Positions 15,945 through 25,312 of a stretch of DNA of 64,000 nucleotides are shown piece after piece. The first letter of the stretch is position 1. Every line of letters starts with the position of its first letter. The DNA lies in NCBI GenBank assembly GCA_964465665.1, contig CAYXKM010000285.1:1435-65434 (forward strand), given 5' to 3'. The position numbers and the translations under genes are program-made. The stretch is from an uncultured Woeseiaceae bacterium. Lineage in GTDB: Bacteria > Pseudomonadota > Gammaproteobacteria > Steroidobacterales > Woeseiaceae. The notes below the pieces were generated by a model. The model worked only from the letters and a program-made list of their open reading frames with translations, did not search any database and was not told the origin of the DNA.

Positions 15945-17948
15945 ATGAGAATAATTCTTGTATTGGTCACGATTTCGGTTGCCTTGCTGGCAAGTTGTGC
16001 CCGGTCTGACAAGCCCGATCACGCCGACCTGGTACTGACCAATGCCTACGTTTACACCGCCGACGACGCAATGAGCATCGCAGAGGCCGTTGCAATCGGC
16101 GGCAACTCCATCGTTTTCGTCGGCACGAACGCTGCTGCCGTTGACTACATCGGGGAGGACACCGAGGTCCGGGACATGGCCGGGGCGATGGTGATGCCCG
16201 GTCTCCACGACATGCATATCCATGCGCTGGGCATTATCGAACCCGACATGTGCGATCTCGATTCGCAGCCGCTGTCACTCGAGCAACTGGTGCCGGTACT
16301 GCAGGCTTGCCTGGAAAAGTATGAGGTACCGACTGGCGAATGGCTGATCGTCCTGCAGTGGGCATTCTCCAGCGGTAACCAGCCGAGCGTTGGCTTGCCG
16401 AACATACGCGCGGCACTTGACGCCGTGTCCACCGAGCACCCGATTTTCCTGTGGGGTAACGACGGCCATCACGGCGCGGCCAACAGCGCCGCCCTTGCAA
16501 CGGCAAGGAATACGGACGGTGACGTGGTTGGTATCAACAGCCGGACACTTGCCGGTGATTTCGCCGCATTCAGGCCGATGATCGCGGTCGATGCGCGCGG
16601 CGAACCGAGCGGTGGCATCAATGAAGATGCACGCATGCTGATCCGGCCTGACTTCTTCGGCGACATGCTGGGCATGAGCGCGGACCCGGAGACGACCATG
16701 CCGCGGGTTGCGGCGAAGCTCGCGGCGACCGGCATCACCTCGATACAGGATGCAATCGTCACTGCCGATACGCTAGCCGCGTATGCGTGGCTCGAAGAAA
16801 GCAGCCTTATGACGTTCCGCCTGAAAGCGGCACTTTCCGAACCCGAGTCCGAAAGTGTTGATGCGATCGATGCACACCTGAAGTCGCTGCAGGCACTCCG
16901 CGAGCAGTACCGCGATTCGAAGCTGATTCAGGCTAACGCCGTCAAGCTGTTCGCCGATGGGGTGCTGGAGGGCAATCCGCTGACCTGGCCGCCGACCCTG
17001 CCGGTAGCCGCGATGCTCGAGAATTTCAAACAGCCGATATTCGGCGGCAATATCGAGGATGGCAGCTTCGGTATTCGCGGTTATGTCGACCAGGATCGCG
17101 AGGCGTGCAAGACCGTGCAAATCGACCCCGACGGCTATACGGATGCTGCACGCGCCGCAGCCTTCGAGTCGGAGTTCGGCTTCTATCCGCAGCAGTGCAT
17201 TCCGACGAGCGGTATTCTCGAACACGAAGAGGCGTTCGTTCGCGCTTATATTCGCAAGGCGACCGAGGCCGGTTTCCATGTGCACGTGCACGCACTCGCG
17301 GACAAAGCTGTACGCGTAGCCGTGGACGAGTTCGGCAAGGTCAAGAGCATCGCGGAAGCGCAGAGTCTTACGCAAAGCCTCGCGCATGTGCAGATTGCAA
17401 ATCCTGAGGACCAGAAGCGCATCGGCGAACTCGGCGTGTCGGTGGTGTTTACTTTCGTGTGGACAACGCCGAGCGTCCAGTACGAGATGATGGTGGCGCC
17501 GTTCATCGACGAGGTAACCGGTATCGAGGACATGTACAGCCTGGATAACTACTACATGAAAAACGTCTACCCGGCGAAAAGCATCCAGTCATATGGCGGA
17601 GTACTGGTCAACGGCAGCGATGCGCCGGTCGGGAGCCGAGACCCCATGCCCTTTGTCAGCCTGCAGCAATCCGTCTATCGCAGCGACGGTGAGCGTGTGA
17701 TGAACGCGGATGAGCGTATCGACATACACTCGGCGATCGCTGCATTCACGAAAAACGGCGCAAAGCTGTTTGGCCACGCAGACACACTTGGGAGCATCGA
17801 GGTCGGCAAGACCGCCGACATCATTGCCATCAGCCAGAATATCGTCGAGCTGGCGGAGAAAGGCGAGCCAGAGCGCATTGGAGACACGCAGGTAACGCTG
17901 ACTGTCTTTGACGGGAAAATTGTTTACGAACAGGGCATGAAAAACTGA
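15945..17948 (+). CDS. Amidohydrolase-family (Amidohydro_3 / YtcJ-like) lipoprotein
   Basis: ORF 15945..17948. Lipobox VALLASC. Metal-binding HDMHIH near the N-terminus and a C-terminal GSDAPV block. Confidence 0.85.
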   Translation: MRIILVLVTISVALLASCARSDKPDHADLVLTNAYVYTADDAMSIAEAVAIGGNSIVFVGTNAAAVDYIGEDTEVRDMAGAMVMPGLHDMHIHALGIIEPDMCDLDSQPLSLEQLVPVLQACLEKYEVPTGEWLIVLQWAFSSGNQPSVGLPNIRAALDAVSTEHPIFLWGNDGHHGAANSAALATARNTDGDVVGINSRTLAGDFAAFRPMIAVDARGEPSGGINEDARMLIRPDFFGDMLGMSADPETTMPRVAAKLAATGITSIQDAIVTADTLAAYAWLEESSLMTFRLKAALSEPESESVDAIDAHLKSLQALREQYRDSKLIQANAVKLFADGVLEGNPLTWPPTLPVAAMLENFKQPIFGGNIEDGSFGIRGYVDQDREACKTVQIDPDGYTDAARAAAFESEFGFYPQQCIPTSGILEHEEAFVRAYIRKATEAGFHVHVHALADKAVRVAVDEFGKVKSIAEAQSLTQSLAHVQIANPEDQKRIGELGVSVVFTFVWTTPSVQYEMMVAPFIDEVTGIEDMYSLDNYYMKNVYPAKSIQSYGGVLVNGSDAPVGSRDPMPFVSLQQSVYRSDGERVMNADERIDIHSAIAAFTKNGAKLFGHADTLGSIEVGKTADIIAISQNIVELAEKGEPERIGDTQVTLTVFDGKIVYEQGMKN

Positions 17949-17956
17949 AGTCGAAG

Positions 17957-18766
17957 TCAGTCTACCGCCAACAAGCCTGATATGTAGTTGATCATAAGGT
18001 CAGAGCCTGTATCTGCCAGCGAGAACAGGGCAGTTCGGCGGACTTCCATGTCCAGGTCCGGTTTTTCGATGACGGCGATCAGTTCGCGGGCTGCCTCGTC
18101 CGGCGGCAGTTGCGACAATGCGAGAATGGCCTGGTCCTGAATTTCCTCGTTGCCCTTCTCGAATGCCAGTTGCCTCATGACATCCGTTGTTTCGGCGATT
18201 CGGGCCACTCCTAACCATTCAATCGCGTCCAGGCGATCGTCGATGTTTGCGCCATGCCTTGCAATCTTTATGAGGGCATCGCGTGACCGGGTTCCATCGT
18301 GGACTGCCATTGCAGCCAATACATCGGAAGTGATGTCCGAACGGGGTTCAACATACGCCTGCAACCAGTCAAGGCTGGCATCCGCAGACACGACGCCCAG
18401 ATCATTGATCGCGAGCTCCGTTGTTACGGGACAGCTCGGGCTCAATGTTCGAATGTCGACCGACTTTCCTGCATCAACCAGGACATAGATCTGCATTTCG
18501 GGACCCTGGTATCCGGCGGTGTCCATGATATTGATGCCGCCGCTTCGGCCATCAAGATTGCAGCCGGTCCGGGTTGGGCTCCCCCTGTTCCATTGAACGC
18601 AACACCATTCGCCGGCGCCGGCGTGAGCGGCCACCCGCCAGGCATGCCAGCCGTCATCGGCGATTGCGAACTTCGATTCGGCGAGGCCCTGGCCGCCGGC
18701 GGTCAACCCGGTGAACAAGAGCGGGAAGAGGCCGAAGCGAATCGGGGCCGAGGCAGTGCGCATCAC
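17957..18766 (-). CDS. Secreted protein with Cys-containing N-domain and C-terminal HEAT-like repeats
   Basis: ORF 17957..18766. The start overlaps the upstream stop (GTGATG). Signal peptide, then HEAT-like helical repeats in the C-terminal half. Confidence 0.65.
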   Translation of the reverse strand: MMRTASAPIRFGLFPLLFTGLTAGGQGLAESKFAIADDGWHAWRVAAHAGAGEWCCVQWNRGSPTRTGCNLDGRSGGINIMDTAGYQGPEMQIYVLVDAGKSVDIRTLSPSCPVTTELAINDLGVVSADASLDWLQAYVEPRSDITSDVLAAMAVHDGTRSRDALIKIARHGANIDDRLDAIEWLGVARIAETTDVMRQLAFEKGNEEIQDQAILALSQLPPDEAARELIAVIEKPDLDMEVRRTALFSLADTGSDLMINYISGLLAVD

Positions 18767-19671
18767 AGCTCACCGTCAAACGTCGAATCGATAATCTCCA
18801 TCACTGCATCGCTGTCCATGTTGACAAGTGTGCGCAGCAGCTCCTGTTTCTCTCTGGCATCCTGGCTTTCGCGAAAGAGTTGCAGTACTCCGTCGTCATA
18901 ATCCGAGATCAGCATCCCTTGCAAAGCGGCATCCCTGACATCCGCCGAAACCGCTCCCTTGTACACTTCAAGCAGCGTGGCGTTCGCCTTGTCGCCACCG
19001 ACGACACCAAGCCCGTGCAGCGCCTGAATCTGTTGCTGCGGATTCGTGTTGTCGATGGCAAGTACACGAAGGCTGTCGAAATCTCCCGCCACCGAGTACG
19101 CATCAATCAGGCTTTCCGAAGTTCCGAGCTGCTCACGCAGCCGGTGCAGTTCGTCACGCGCGTCCATGGCACCGAGTATGCCGACAGCCGCTTCGAACTC
19201 CTTTTCGGTGGTTGCATCGATCGCAACCTGATAGACGGCTCCGGCATCATCAGCTATGAGGTAAGCATCCAGCACGGCCTCTCGTATGGCTTCGTCGCCG
19301 CCCGCGTAAATCTCCCTGAGCCCTGCAAGGGCGGTCGTATCTCCGCCGATGCCGATCATCCGAATGGCCTCCGTGCGCAGCGTTGCTGTACCCGTCTTTG
19401 CCGTATCCAGCAACATTTGTTGCGCTTCGGGCAACTCTATCTGGCTGAGTACGAACAAAGCGCGCGACTTCAGTGCCTCGCTGTACTCACCGCGTAGAAC
19501 TTTTGCGACGATCGGCAGGGCCTTTTCCGGCGGGGCCGAGATCAGTGCCTCGAGCGCTGCAATTCTGAGTTGCTCGTTGTCATTACTGTCGTTCCTGGCA
19601 GTCTGCGCACCAGCACCGACAGCGGCCAGCGAAGAAACAGTGAGCAGAATAAAAGTCCTCAGCCAATTCAT
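18763..19671 (-). CDS. Secreted HEAT-repeat protein
   Basis: ORF 18763..19671. Signal peptide MNWLRTFILLTVSSLAAVGAGA, followed by repeated helical A..AL..L/I units. Confidence 0.65.
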   Translation of the reverse strand: MNWLRTFILLTVSSLAAVGAGAQTARNDSNDNEQLRIAALEALISAPPEKALPIVAKVLRGEYSEALKSRALFVLSQIELPEAQQMLLDTAKTGTATLRTEAIRMIGIGGDTTALAGLREIYAGGDEAIREAVLDAYLIADDAGAVYQVAIDATTEKEFEAAVGILGAMDARDELHRLREQLGTSESLIDAYSVAGDFDSLRVLAIDNTNPQQQIQALHGLGVVGGDKANATLLEVYKGAVSADVRDAALQGMLISDYDDGVLQLFRESQDAREKQELLRTLVNMDSDAVMEIIDSTFDGEL

Positions 19672-19685
19672 TTCGGTGTTCCTCT

Positions 19686-20420
19686 TCAGATGGTTTCTGC
19701 TACTTCTGATGGGGCGATCGAGAGTTTGGTTAGCATCACCTTGAGTTCGAAGGCGAGCTGGTCGCGCAGAGCCTCGGCGTCCTGCGGCGCGATATCCTCG
19801 CTGGCAAGCTGTAGAAGAATGGGTTCAAAAGCGCGCAGTACCCGAGCCAGGTTCGGTGCGTTACTTTGGACAGCAGCCTTTTCGAACAATCGATTCTGCT
19901 CGACGAGTTGCAAGGTCAGTGCAACGCGACCGGCTTGGTCGTCGATCGGCAGACTTCTGATCTCTCGCTGGCTGTCATCCAGGTGCAGCAGCAGGCCACG
20001 CGTAAACGACAACGGAATTGTGGCAACAGGAACAGATTCGCTGCCGGCAATCGAGCTGTCGACGACGTTATCGGGAATCTGCCGGTCCTGCAGTCGAACG
20101 CCGATGCCGATGCCGACGGCCAGCGCTGCAGCAAGCGCGGTCCCCATCCCGGCCAGCCAGAGCCGCGGAACGACTCGCCGGGCTTCCGCCCTCGCAGGCG
20201 CACTGCGCGCGGCCCGATCGATGCTGTCATACCAGCGTTGCCGAAGATGATCGGCCGCTGGCGGCACGGACTCGCTCCGCCATTCTTCAAGCTGGTTACA
20301 TAGCTCCCGGTACTGGATGGCGAGCCGCGGATCCTCGGCCAGCGCGATGCGCACCTTCTCGCGTTCGCGGGGAGTCAACTCGTCATAAAAGTACAGCAGG
20401 AGGATGTCTTCAGTAATCAT
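19686..20420 (-). CDS. Putative anti-sigma factor (single-pass membrane, non-zinc type)
   Basis: ORF 19686..20420, overlapping the sigma gene by 11 nt. A short cytoplasmic N-domain is followed by one TM segment (LWLAGMGTALAAALAVGIGIGV). No HxxxCxxC motif. Confidence 0.7.
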   Translation of the reverse strand: MITEDILLLYFYDELTPREREKVRIALAEDPRLAIQYRELCNQLEEWRSESVPPAADHLRQRWYDSIDRAARSAPARAEARRVVPRLWLAGMGTALAAALAVGIGIGVRLQDRQIPDNVVDSSIAGSESVPVATIPLSFTRGLLLHLDDSQREIRSLPIDDQAGRVALTLQLVEQNRLFEKAAVQSNAPNLARVLRAFEPILLQLASEDIAPQDAEALRDQLAFELKVMLTKLSIAPSEVAETI

Positions 20421-20949
20421 TGTTGCTCCGACGGTCTGCCATGATGACGCGCAGTTTCTTTACCGCGCGAAACAATGCCTGTTTGACAGTGCCGACACCG
20501 GTGTCGAACTCAGCGGCTATCTCGCTGAGACGCCACTGCTCGAGGTGCTTCAGCACAAAACACGCGCTCTCCATTTCTGTAAGGTTTTGCAAAGCCGACG
20601 CAAGATCCTTGTCGAGCTCCTGATCGGCCCGCTGGCTATCGGGTGCGCGTCCTGTATCGGGCAGATCTTCATGCAGCTCTTCGTGCCTCCAGGAGGCCGC
20701 TTTCCGAAGTAACTGTAGCGCCGCGTTGATCGCAATCCGGTGTATCCAGGTTTCCAGCATTGCGGTGCGTTCAAACTGGTGCCGTTTGTGCCAGGCACTG
20801 ACCAGCGCATCCTGGACCGCATCTGCCGCGAGATCCTCATTTCGGGTAATACGCAGGCACGCCGCAAACCAGTGGTCGCTGCGATTGGCGATCGCCTGGT
20901 CAAACTCGGCCTGCGTCGGAACCCCATGATTCTGCACCATTGACGTCAT
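20410..20949 (-). CDS. ECF-type RNA polymerase sigma factor
   Basis: ORF 20410..20949. Region 2 (DAVQDALVSAW..ETWIHRIAINAAL) and region 4 (LSEIAAEFDTGVGTVKQALFRAVKKL). Confidence 0.9.
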   Translation of the reverse strand: MTSMVQNHGVPTQAEFDQAIANRSDHWFAACLRITRNEDLAADAVQDALVSAWHKRHQFERTAMLETWIHRIAINAALQLLRKAASWRHEELHEDLPDTGRAPDSQRADQELDKDLASALQNLTEMESACFVLKHLEQWRLSEIAAEFDTGVGTVKQALFRAVKKLRVIMADRRSNNDY

Positions 20950-21002
20950 TGAGCCTTGGATGCGTCAGGCCCTGCTTTGGTTAGCAACCGGGCCCTGTGA
21001 GT

Positions 21003-22136
21003 TCAGCGCCGATGGTCGAAAGACGCGGTCTTCACCAGAGCAAACACGGGCATATTGGCGCGAAGACGCAATTCCTCGACCGCATGGCGCGTCAACTCGG
21101 CTTTGAGCACCGTATGGCCGATGTCGATCGACACCGTCGCAAATGCGCTGTTCGGGTGGAGTTCGACTGCTGTCAGGTTGCCGCGAAGGATGTTACGAAC
21201 ACTCAAGCCCCGCGGTGCCTCGGTAGCAATGGCCACGTCACTGGCACGAATACTCAGGCGCACCTGTGACCCGATGGACAGGTGCGTGAGCGTCGGTACC
21301 ACAAAGGATTGCCCGAAATGATCCAGTCGCGTCAGCTGAAGCTCCGTCAGCTGCTCAACGACTGTCGCGTCGATGACTGATATCTGACCCAGTGGCGACT
21401 GTTGCGCATGTATCCCGAGTTGGTTGAGTACATCCGTCGTATTTCCGGTGCCGATGACTTGTCCATGTTTGAGCACGATGACGCGATCGCAAAGCCTGGC
21501 AACTTCGTCTATTGCATGGCTTACGTACAGGACGGGAATGCCAAAGCGATCCGGCAATGATTCGAGGTACGGAAGGATGTCGCTCTTTCGGCTCGTGTCC
21601 AACGCCGAGAGCGGCTCATCAAGCAGCAGGATGCGCGGCCTTGTGAGCAATGTGCGTGCGATTGCAACCCGCTGGCGCTCGCCTCCGGAAAGTGCCTCGA
21701 CGCGACGTGACAGGAGTGCTTGCAGGTCGAAAGCCTCGACTACGTGCCTGAGTTCGATCGGAGCGCGGCCGGGCGCACTACGGCTTGCGGCAAACAGCAG
21801 GTTTCCTGCGACATCGCGATGGCCGAACAGTCTTGTATCCTGAAACACGATCCCGACCGGGCGCCGCCATGCCGGCAGGAAATGCTCACGTTCCGAGTCC
21901 TGCCAGCACTCGCTGTCGTACTCCACACGTCCGCGGGCTTCTTTCTCGAATCCGGCGATCACTCGCAGCAAGGTACTTTTGCCGCTTCCGCTTGCACCGA
22001 ACAATCCTACACTGCGATCGAACACCAGTTCCTGGTCCACGTCGAGGGTGAAGCCGGGATAGGAAATCCCCGCCTTGATCGACAACACCGGCGCCGAATC
22101 AGCGGATGCTGACACGATGCCCTCGCACAAAAGCAT
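21003..22136 (-). CDS. modC: Molybdate ABC transporter ATP-binding protein
   Basis: ORF 21003..22136. Walker A GASGSGKST, signature LSGGERQRV, and a C-terminal TOBE/Mop-like domain. Alternative GTG start at 22115. Confidence 0.88.
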   Translation of the reverse strand: MLLCEGIVSASADSAPVLSIKAGISYPGFTLDVDQELVFDRSVGLFGASGSGKSTLLRVIAGFEKEARGRVEYDSECWQDSEREHFLPAWRRPVGIVFQDTRLFGHRDVAGNLLFAASRSAPGRAPIELRHVVEAFDLQALLSRRVEALSGGERQRVAIARTLLTRPRILLLDEPLSALDTSRKSDILPYLESLPDRFGIPVLYVSHAIDEVARLCDRVIVLKHGQVIGTGNTTDVLNQLGIHAQQSPLGQISVIDATVVEQLTELQLTRLDHFGQSFVVPTLTHLSIGSQVRLSIRASDVAIATEAPRGLSVRNILRGNLTAVELHPNSAFATVSIDIGHTVLKAELTRHAVEELRLRANMPVFALVKTASFDHRR

Positions 22137-22770
22137 AGACCACGAAAAGCACGGCGAACGAGAACAGCAGGAGGATTGCTGACAGCAGGTGTGCGTCGGC
22201 GTAGTTCAACGTCTCTACATGTTCGTAAATCGCGATCGAGATAACCTTGGTCTTTCCCGGTATGTTGCCGCCGACCATCAGTACTACACCGAACTCGCCA
22301 ATCGTGTGCGCAAATGTGAGCACGGCGGCAGCAATGAAACTGCGCACAGACAGTGGCACGACGACCGAGAAAAACGTATTGAGCGGACTTGCGCGAAGAC
22401 TGGCCGCAGCCTCCAGAGGCGCCCGCCCTATGGATTCGAAAGCACTTTGCAACGGTTGCACGGTGAAGGGCAGGGAATAGAAAACCGATGCAACGACAAG
22501 ACCGCTGAAAGAAAAAGTGAGGGCGTCCCCGGTCGCGCGCATCCAGAACGAACCTATGGGTGAGGCGGGGCTGAGGGCTATCAGAATATAGAAACCGATC
22601 ACGGTCGGCGGAAGAACCAGTGGCAGAGCTGTAACCGCCTCGACGAACGGTTTGACCCGGGACTGCGTACCGGACAACCACCAGGCCAGCGGCGTTCCGA
22701 CCAGCAGCAAAATAACGGTTGTTACACCTGCGAGGGCCAGGGACAGCCAGAGCGGACCGAAATCAGGCAT
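22099..22770 (-). CDS. modB: Molybdate ABC transporter permease
   Basis: ORF 22099..22770, with ModB-like sequence (ALPLVLPPTVIGFYIL, EAAASLRASP). Confidence 0.9.
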   Translation of the reverse strand: MPDFGPLWLSLALAGVTTVILLLVGTPLAWWLSGTQSRVKPFVEAVTALPLVLPPTVIGFYILIALSPASPIGSFWMRATGDALTFSFSGLVVASVFYSLPFTVQPLQSAFESIGRAPLEAAASLRASPLNTFFSVVVPLSVRSFIAAAVLTFAHTIGEFGVVLMVGGNIPGKTKVISIAIYEHVETLNYADAHLLSAILLLFSFAVLFVVYAFVRGHRVSIR

Positions 22771-22773
22771 GTG

Positions 22774-23553
22774 TCATTCCAGCCCGTACCCGTAGGCTGT
22801 GATGGTCAGTCGCGCTGCGTCGGATCTCAAGTACGCGAGAAAGGCAACTGCAGCCGCGTTCTCATAACCGTGCACCAGCAGCACGGCTTCCTGGCGGATC
22901 GGTGCATGCAGATGGGCCGGTACGTCCCAGCGGCTGCCATTGCGCGTGTTGCGCTTGCTGATGACCGATGCCAGTGCAACCAGCCCAAGTTCCGCGTTCC
23001 TCGTTGCGGCCAGAGCGAAAGCCTGCCCGACGTTCTCACCCATAACGATCTTTGCTTCCAGCGCACTCCAGAGACCGAGTGACTGCAGTACTTCCTTCGC
23101 TGCGGCCCCGTACGGCGCCAGCGCGGGATTGGCTATTGCCAACGCACGAAACTCCTGCCTTTCAAGGACCTCAGTTCCGTTGTCGCCGATCAGCTCCTCG
23201 TCCGGACTCCAGAGAGTCAATTTGCCGACAGCGTACACAAACCGAGTGCCGACAACGGCGTGCGCCGATTCTTCGAGGCGCCGAGGGCGTTCCTGGTCGG
23301 CGGCGAGGAGCGCATCGAAGGGTGCGCCGTTGACAATCTGTGCGTAATGTTTGCCGGTTGCTGCGCTCGAAATCTCTATTTCATGCTCGCCAAGATTCTC
23401 GAAATCCTGCACCAGTGTCTCTGCAGTTTCTGCGAAGTTCGTGGCCACCGCGATGAGCGCAGTATCGGCCGTGGCCAACATCGGCGACAGCAATGCCAGT
23501 GCCGGAAAGCTCCTACACACCGAGCGTCGAATTGTCGTGACCAGGTTGTTCAT
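22774..23553 (-). CDS. modA: Molybdate-binding periplasmic protein
   Basis: ORF 22774..23772 trimmed to the ATG at 23553 (MNNLVTT...). Signal peptide followed by a ModA-like block (AVATNFAE..., SSAATGKHYAQIVNGAPFD). Confidence 0.85.
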   Translation of the reverse strand: MNNLVTTIRRSVCRSFPALALLSPMLATADTALIAVATNFAETAETLVQDFENLGEHEIEISSAATGKHYAQIVNGAPFDALLAADQERPRRLEESAHAVVGTRFVYAVGKLTLWSPDEELIGDNGTEVLERQEFRALAIANPALAPYGAAAKEVLQSLGLWSALEAKIVMGENVGQAFALAATRNAELGLVALASVISKRNTRNGSRWDVPAHLHAPIRQEAVLLVHGYENAAAVAFLAYLRSDAARLTITAYGYGLE

Positions 23554-23590
23554 CGCTGCCGCGCATTGTACGGCAGTTGCGCGGGCGCCC

Positions 23591-24244
23591 CTAAACCGGC
23601 TTGCCAGCAGCCGTGATTTGCCGCAGTCGCCGCACCCAGCCGGCATCGAGCAATGGCAGACTGTCGAGCGCGAGTTGCGCATTGGCTGCGTTTTGCTCCG
23701 GGCCGAATACGGTTTGCCACAATCGGAATATGCTGATGTTGTGGGCGGGGCGTTGCAGCAATTGGATTCCATCGCCAGCCCGTAACGTACCTTCCTGTTC
23801 GACCCGCAGGTAAAAGCCCAGCCGGCCGCTCGTCAGGAACCGGTTCGGAAAGGTATCGTCGTTCATGCGAATCCCGAGCTTGAAACAGGGCAGTCGCGGT
23901 TGGGTAACGGTTGCAATGACATCACCGAGCCGGTAGGAGTCGCCCAACACCACCGAGGTCTCCGTCATACCGCTGACCGTGAGATTTTCGCCGAACTGCG
24001 ATGATTCGAGTCCGGCAACACCCAGTTCTTTCGCCCAATACGAATAATGCTCATGCGGATACGCGTACATGGACTTGTCGCGGCCTCCGTGAACCTTGAG
24101 GTCCGCCTGTCCGTCTCCCTCGAGATGCAACAGGCCGGCGACCACGGGGCCGTGTACAGGCACTTTGAAAATGCCGGTCGACACGGCCTTCCGCCCGTGT
24201 TGCAAGGTCTTTGGCATGCCGACACTGACCTCGATGATAATCAA
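23591..24244 (-). CDS. MOSC domain-containing protein (YiiM-like)
   Basis: ORF 23591..24244. Blocks HGGRDKSMYAYP, FGENLTV and RLPCFKLG. Confidence 0.85.
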   Translation of the reverse strand: MIIIEVSVGMPKTLQHGRKAVSTGIFKVPVHGPVVAGLLHLEGDGQADLKVHGGRDKSMYAYPHEHYSYWAKELGVAGLESSQFGENLTVSGMTETSVVLGDSYRLGDVIATVTQPRLPCFKLGIRMNDDTFPNRFLTSGRLGFYLRVEQEGTLRAGDGIQLLQRPAHNISIFRLWQTVFGPEQNAANAQLALDSLPLLDAGWVRRLRQITAAGKPV

Positions 24245-24249
24245 TTCGT

Positions 24250-25194
24250 TTACGCCCGCTTGCGAGTCGCTTCGGTGTGGTCGAGCTTTCTGCGCCAGTT
24301 CGACCCCTGGATGCGCTTGCCGATCTTGCGAACGCCTTCGACAAACGCAGTGGCTACGTCGTCATTGCAGGTGTTGGCCACAGCGGCAGACCAACGGCGC
24401 CTGAAACCGCCTCTCGTAATGCGCACTGCGGCGAGCCCTTCGATATTGTCGAGGTCATTGAACGCCCAGCCGGCCTGTATGGCGACGCCCTGGCCGGATC
24501 GCGCCAGTTCGATGATGGCTTCGGTCATGCGAACCTGGATGACCCGGGCCGGAGAGACTCCGGCGGGGCGCAGTACCTCGTCCAAAATGGCGAGGCGTTT
24601 CCCGCTGTATACGATCAGGACCTGGTCTTGAAAACTGGACGGGCTGAGATAGCGCCGTCCGGCGAGTGGATGATCCTTGTTCATGACGGCGAACAACTCA
24701 TCCTCGAACAGTTCATGGATCGTGAATCCGGTACCGGCCTCAACCGAGCTGACGATGGCAATGTCGACCTGATCCTGCTTCAGCGCCTCGAGCGGTGCAT
24801 CAGTTGCTTCCGGCACGACATCTATGCCGAGCCGGGCAAATTGCGCCGACAGATCACGCATGACATAGGGCAGCCAGCGATAGCAGGTGTAGCACTGTGT
24901 GGTAATGCGGAGGCGCCTGGCTCGCTCGGTGCGCATGTCTTCAATGTCGGCGAATGCCGTTTCGAGCCGGCCCAGAACATCCCGTGCCGCGGTCACCAGC
25001 CGTTCGCCTGCGGCCGTCGGTCGCATGAGCCCGTCCTGCCGCTCGAACAGGCTCGAGCCGATACGCGATTGCAGGTTCGCCAGTCTCTGGCTGATAGCCG
25101 GCTGGGACAGGTGCATGCGCTTCGATGCGGCCGTGAGCGAGCCATCCTCCGCAAGGCACAGCAGCAGTTGCAGATCTCGCGTGTCTATTTTCAC
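24250..25194 (-). CDS. LysR-family transcriptional regulator
   Basis: ORF 24250..25194 with a GTG start. N-terminal HTH (GSLTAASKRMHLSQPAISQRLANLQ) plus a substrate-binding domain. Confidence 0.9.
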   Translation of the reverse strand: MKIDTRDLQLLLCLAEDGSLTAASKRMHLSQPAISQRLANLQSRIGSSLFERQDGLMRPTAAGERLVTAARDVLGRLETAFADIEDMRTERARRLRITTQCYTCYRWLPYVMRDLSAQFARLGIDVVPEATDAPLEALKQDQVDIAIVSSVEAGTGFTIHELFEDELFAVMNKDHPLAGRRYLSPSSFQDQVLIVYSGKRLAILDEVLRPAGVSPARVIQVRMTEAIIELARSGQGVAIQAGWAFNDLDNIEGLAAVRITRGGFRRRWSAAVANTCNDDVATAFVEGVRKIGKRIQGSNWRRKLDHTEATRKRA

Positions 25195-25312
25195 AATATA
25201 GGAGAAACTTATTAGAACATAATAATTATAAACTCGGCTTATAACATTCTATTTGCTAGCGTGTGCAGACACCAGATGTTTGTTTTCCTGCAATCAGGGA
25301 TGGAGCCGAGTC

